Part shown: positions 62,380 to 64,000 of the stretch, one piece after another
How the letters are laid out: each line of letters begins with the position of its first letter
Position numbering within the stretch: the stretch's first letter is position 1
From: Callorhinchus milii
Lineage: Eukaryota
DNA: 64,000 nucleotides
NCBI RefSeq assembly: GCF_018977255.1
Contig: NW_024704742.1
Coordinates: 74,774,001 to 74,838,000 of the forward strand
Direction: 5' to 3'
Made by a program: the position numbers and the translations under genes
Notes under the pieces: generated by a model
What the model saw: only the letters and a program-made list of their open reading frames with translations
Database searches by the model: none
Told to the model about the DNA's origin: nothing

Positions 62380-62703
62380 CAATAATAATAATAATAATAA
62401 TCCTTGCATTTGATATAGCGCTTTTCACGTCGGGAGGACGTCCCAAAGCGCTTCACAGAACACACTGTAAAGTGAATTGACTGTATATTTGTGGGCGAAC
62501 GCGGCAGCCAATTGCGCACAGCAATGTCCCACAAACAGTCGTAGATTGAAAATGACCAATTTATTATTGTTTTGTTTTGGAGGGATTATTATTAGGCTCT
62601 GTGTGGAGTAAGGAAACTTGCCCAAGGTTTCGCCCTGCCTGGAATTGAACTCAGGTCTCTCGCTTGCAAAGCGAGTGCTCTAATCACTAAGCTACAGGAC
62701 TCC
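62380..62703 (-). mobile_element. Young tRNA-SINE
   Basis: Full-length, near-identical to 22731-23037. Confidence 0.92.
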
Positions 62704-63211
62704 ACTTACACATCAGAGGAACGATTCACAGAAGTTCAATGAAATTCATCTTCCCCATCAAGAACAGTGAAACTTTTTGGCTACAAACGACAACCTCCTA
62801 AAAATAAAGAATAATCCTGTCTTGAGATTTCCACTGGAATTCCAATGGGTATAGCTAACTCAAAACGGAACATCTTGTTCCCTTTGCACAAGCAGTCACT
62901 GCAAATTGTATGAAGCTGTCACACTGTCTGAAAATAGTCAATTCTGCAGCTATTCTGAAGTCAAATAGAATTGTTGAAATTATGCATCAAACCACTAAAC
63001 CTTGGGACTTTCTTGTTCCACAAAATATTTTCAGTGAAAGCGCCTTGGGATGTCCTCCTGACATGAAAGGCACTCTATAAATGTAATTTTGTTGTTGTTG
63101 AAAGCAGCTTCTTGTGATAGATCAAAAAGGATACTTGTGAAAAATAAAATACCTTACTTAACCCAGTTCTAAACTCGAGGGAACATTTTAAATACCTTTG
63201 ACAAGGTATCC

Positions 63212-63415
63212 CTTGCCTCCTTCAAGATCTGTCTCAAGACCCGCATCTTCGACCGTGCCTACAGTCACCCTCATACCCCTACCCTCCCCTTCCCTCCCCG
63301 CCCTTCACCCTTCCTGATTCCAACCACCAGCTCGGGTGCGGATCCCTGACTGGCCAGCGCCTTGGGACATCCTCCTGATATGAAAGGCGCTATACAAATG
63401 TCGTTGTTGTTATTC
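63212..63415 (+). mobile_element. L2 3' end
   Basis: CTCCTTCAAGATCTGTCTCAAGACCC...AGCGCCTTGGGACATCCTCCTGATATGAAAGGCGCT. Confidence 0.85.
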
Positions 63416-64000
63416 TTGTGTTGAGATAATTTACCCCTGAATACATTTCTACAGCCGAAATCTCATCTTAGATTCCCCATTCTATGTGACTTTGCCTTTA
63501 AATTTTCCCCACATCATCCTTGTGTCATATTGTTGTTCAACAGGTGGAGAAATTATTTTCTATGAATACCATTATACAAATGTGTCATATTTAAACAAAA
63601 GGGCAGTATAGTTTTCTTACTATTGAAGGTGAAGGCAAGCAATAAGTGCTGAAAACACCCATTTAAGGCAGGTTTTATGGCAATCACCCGATGCTAAATT
63701 ATTAAACTGTTAACAAACATCACAAAAGTAACTTTGTTCTCTATCCCTGGAGGAGGTTTGATATTCAGTTGCTGGGATGCAGTCTCTTACCCTCCAGTGT
63801 ATGAGTAGGGTCTGACCTAATCTGATTGTACAAGGCATACCAGGGGGCTGAGTGCTTGAACTGTTTATCTCCTGCATTGTTTTCATGTAAATATGAGTCA
63901 TGTCCTCATTTTATCTCGTGAATATCCGGTGGTTTTGGCAGAATCATTCGTTCAAGTCCTGAATGATCCAGACTCACTGACTCCAGCTCCATGTCTGACA

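Overview
Vertebrate genomic DNA, most likely from a cartilaginous fish. The repeat content (Deu-type SINEs, CR1, L2, Penelope) points there, possibly to a chimaera, but the species is an inference. Two genes lie tail-to-tail. On +, the last 9 coding exons of tankyrase-1 (TNKS; SAM and PARP domains, 1-13649) are followed by a ~5 kb repeat-free 3'UTR. On -, there is a complete 4-exon DUSP4/MKP-2 gene (CDS 41011-28347, 369 aa). The rest is dense with retroposons: young tRNA-Ala-headed SINEs sharing a 3' stem-loop with L2 LINEs, older Deu-SINEs, CR1 fragments and nested insertions with target-site duplications. There are also hAT and Harbinger transposase fossils and a Penelope-type repeat with a degenerate hammerhead ribozyme. 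I see no new protein-coding system. The best candidates for something undescribed are a ~600 bp poly(A)-ended repeat family I cannot assign (8 copies), a 25-bp minisatellite forming an array of DR1 nuclear-receptor elements beside the DUSP4 exon 1 donor, an ETS/AP-1 composite element in DUSP4 intron 1, and a local duplication straddling DUSP4 exon 1. Repeat boundaries are approximate; exon boundaries were read from GT/AG junctions.
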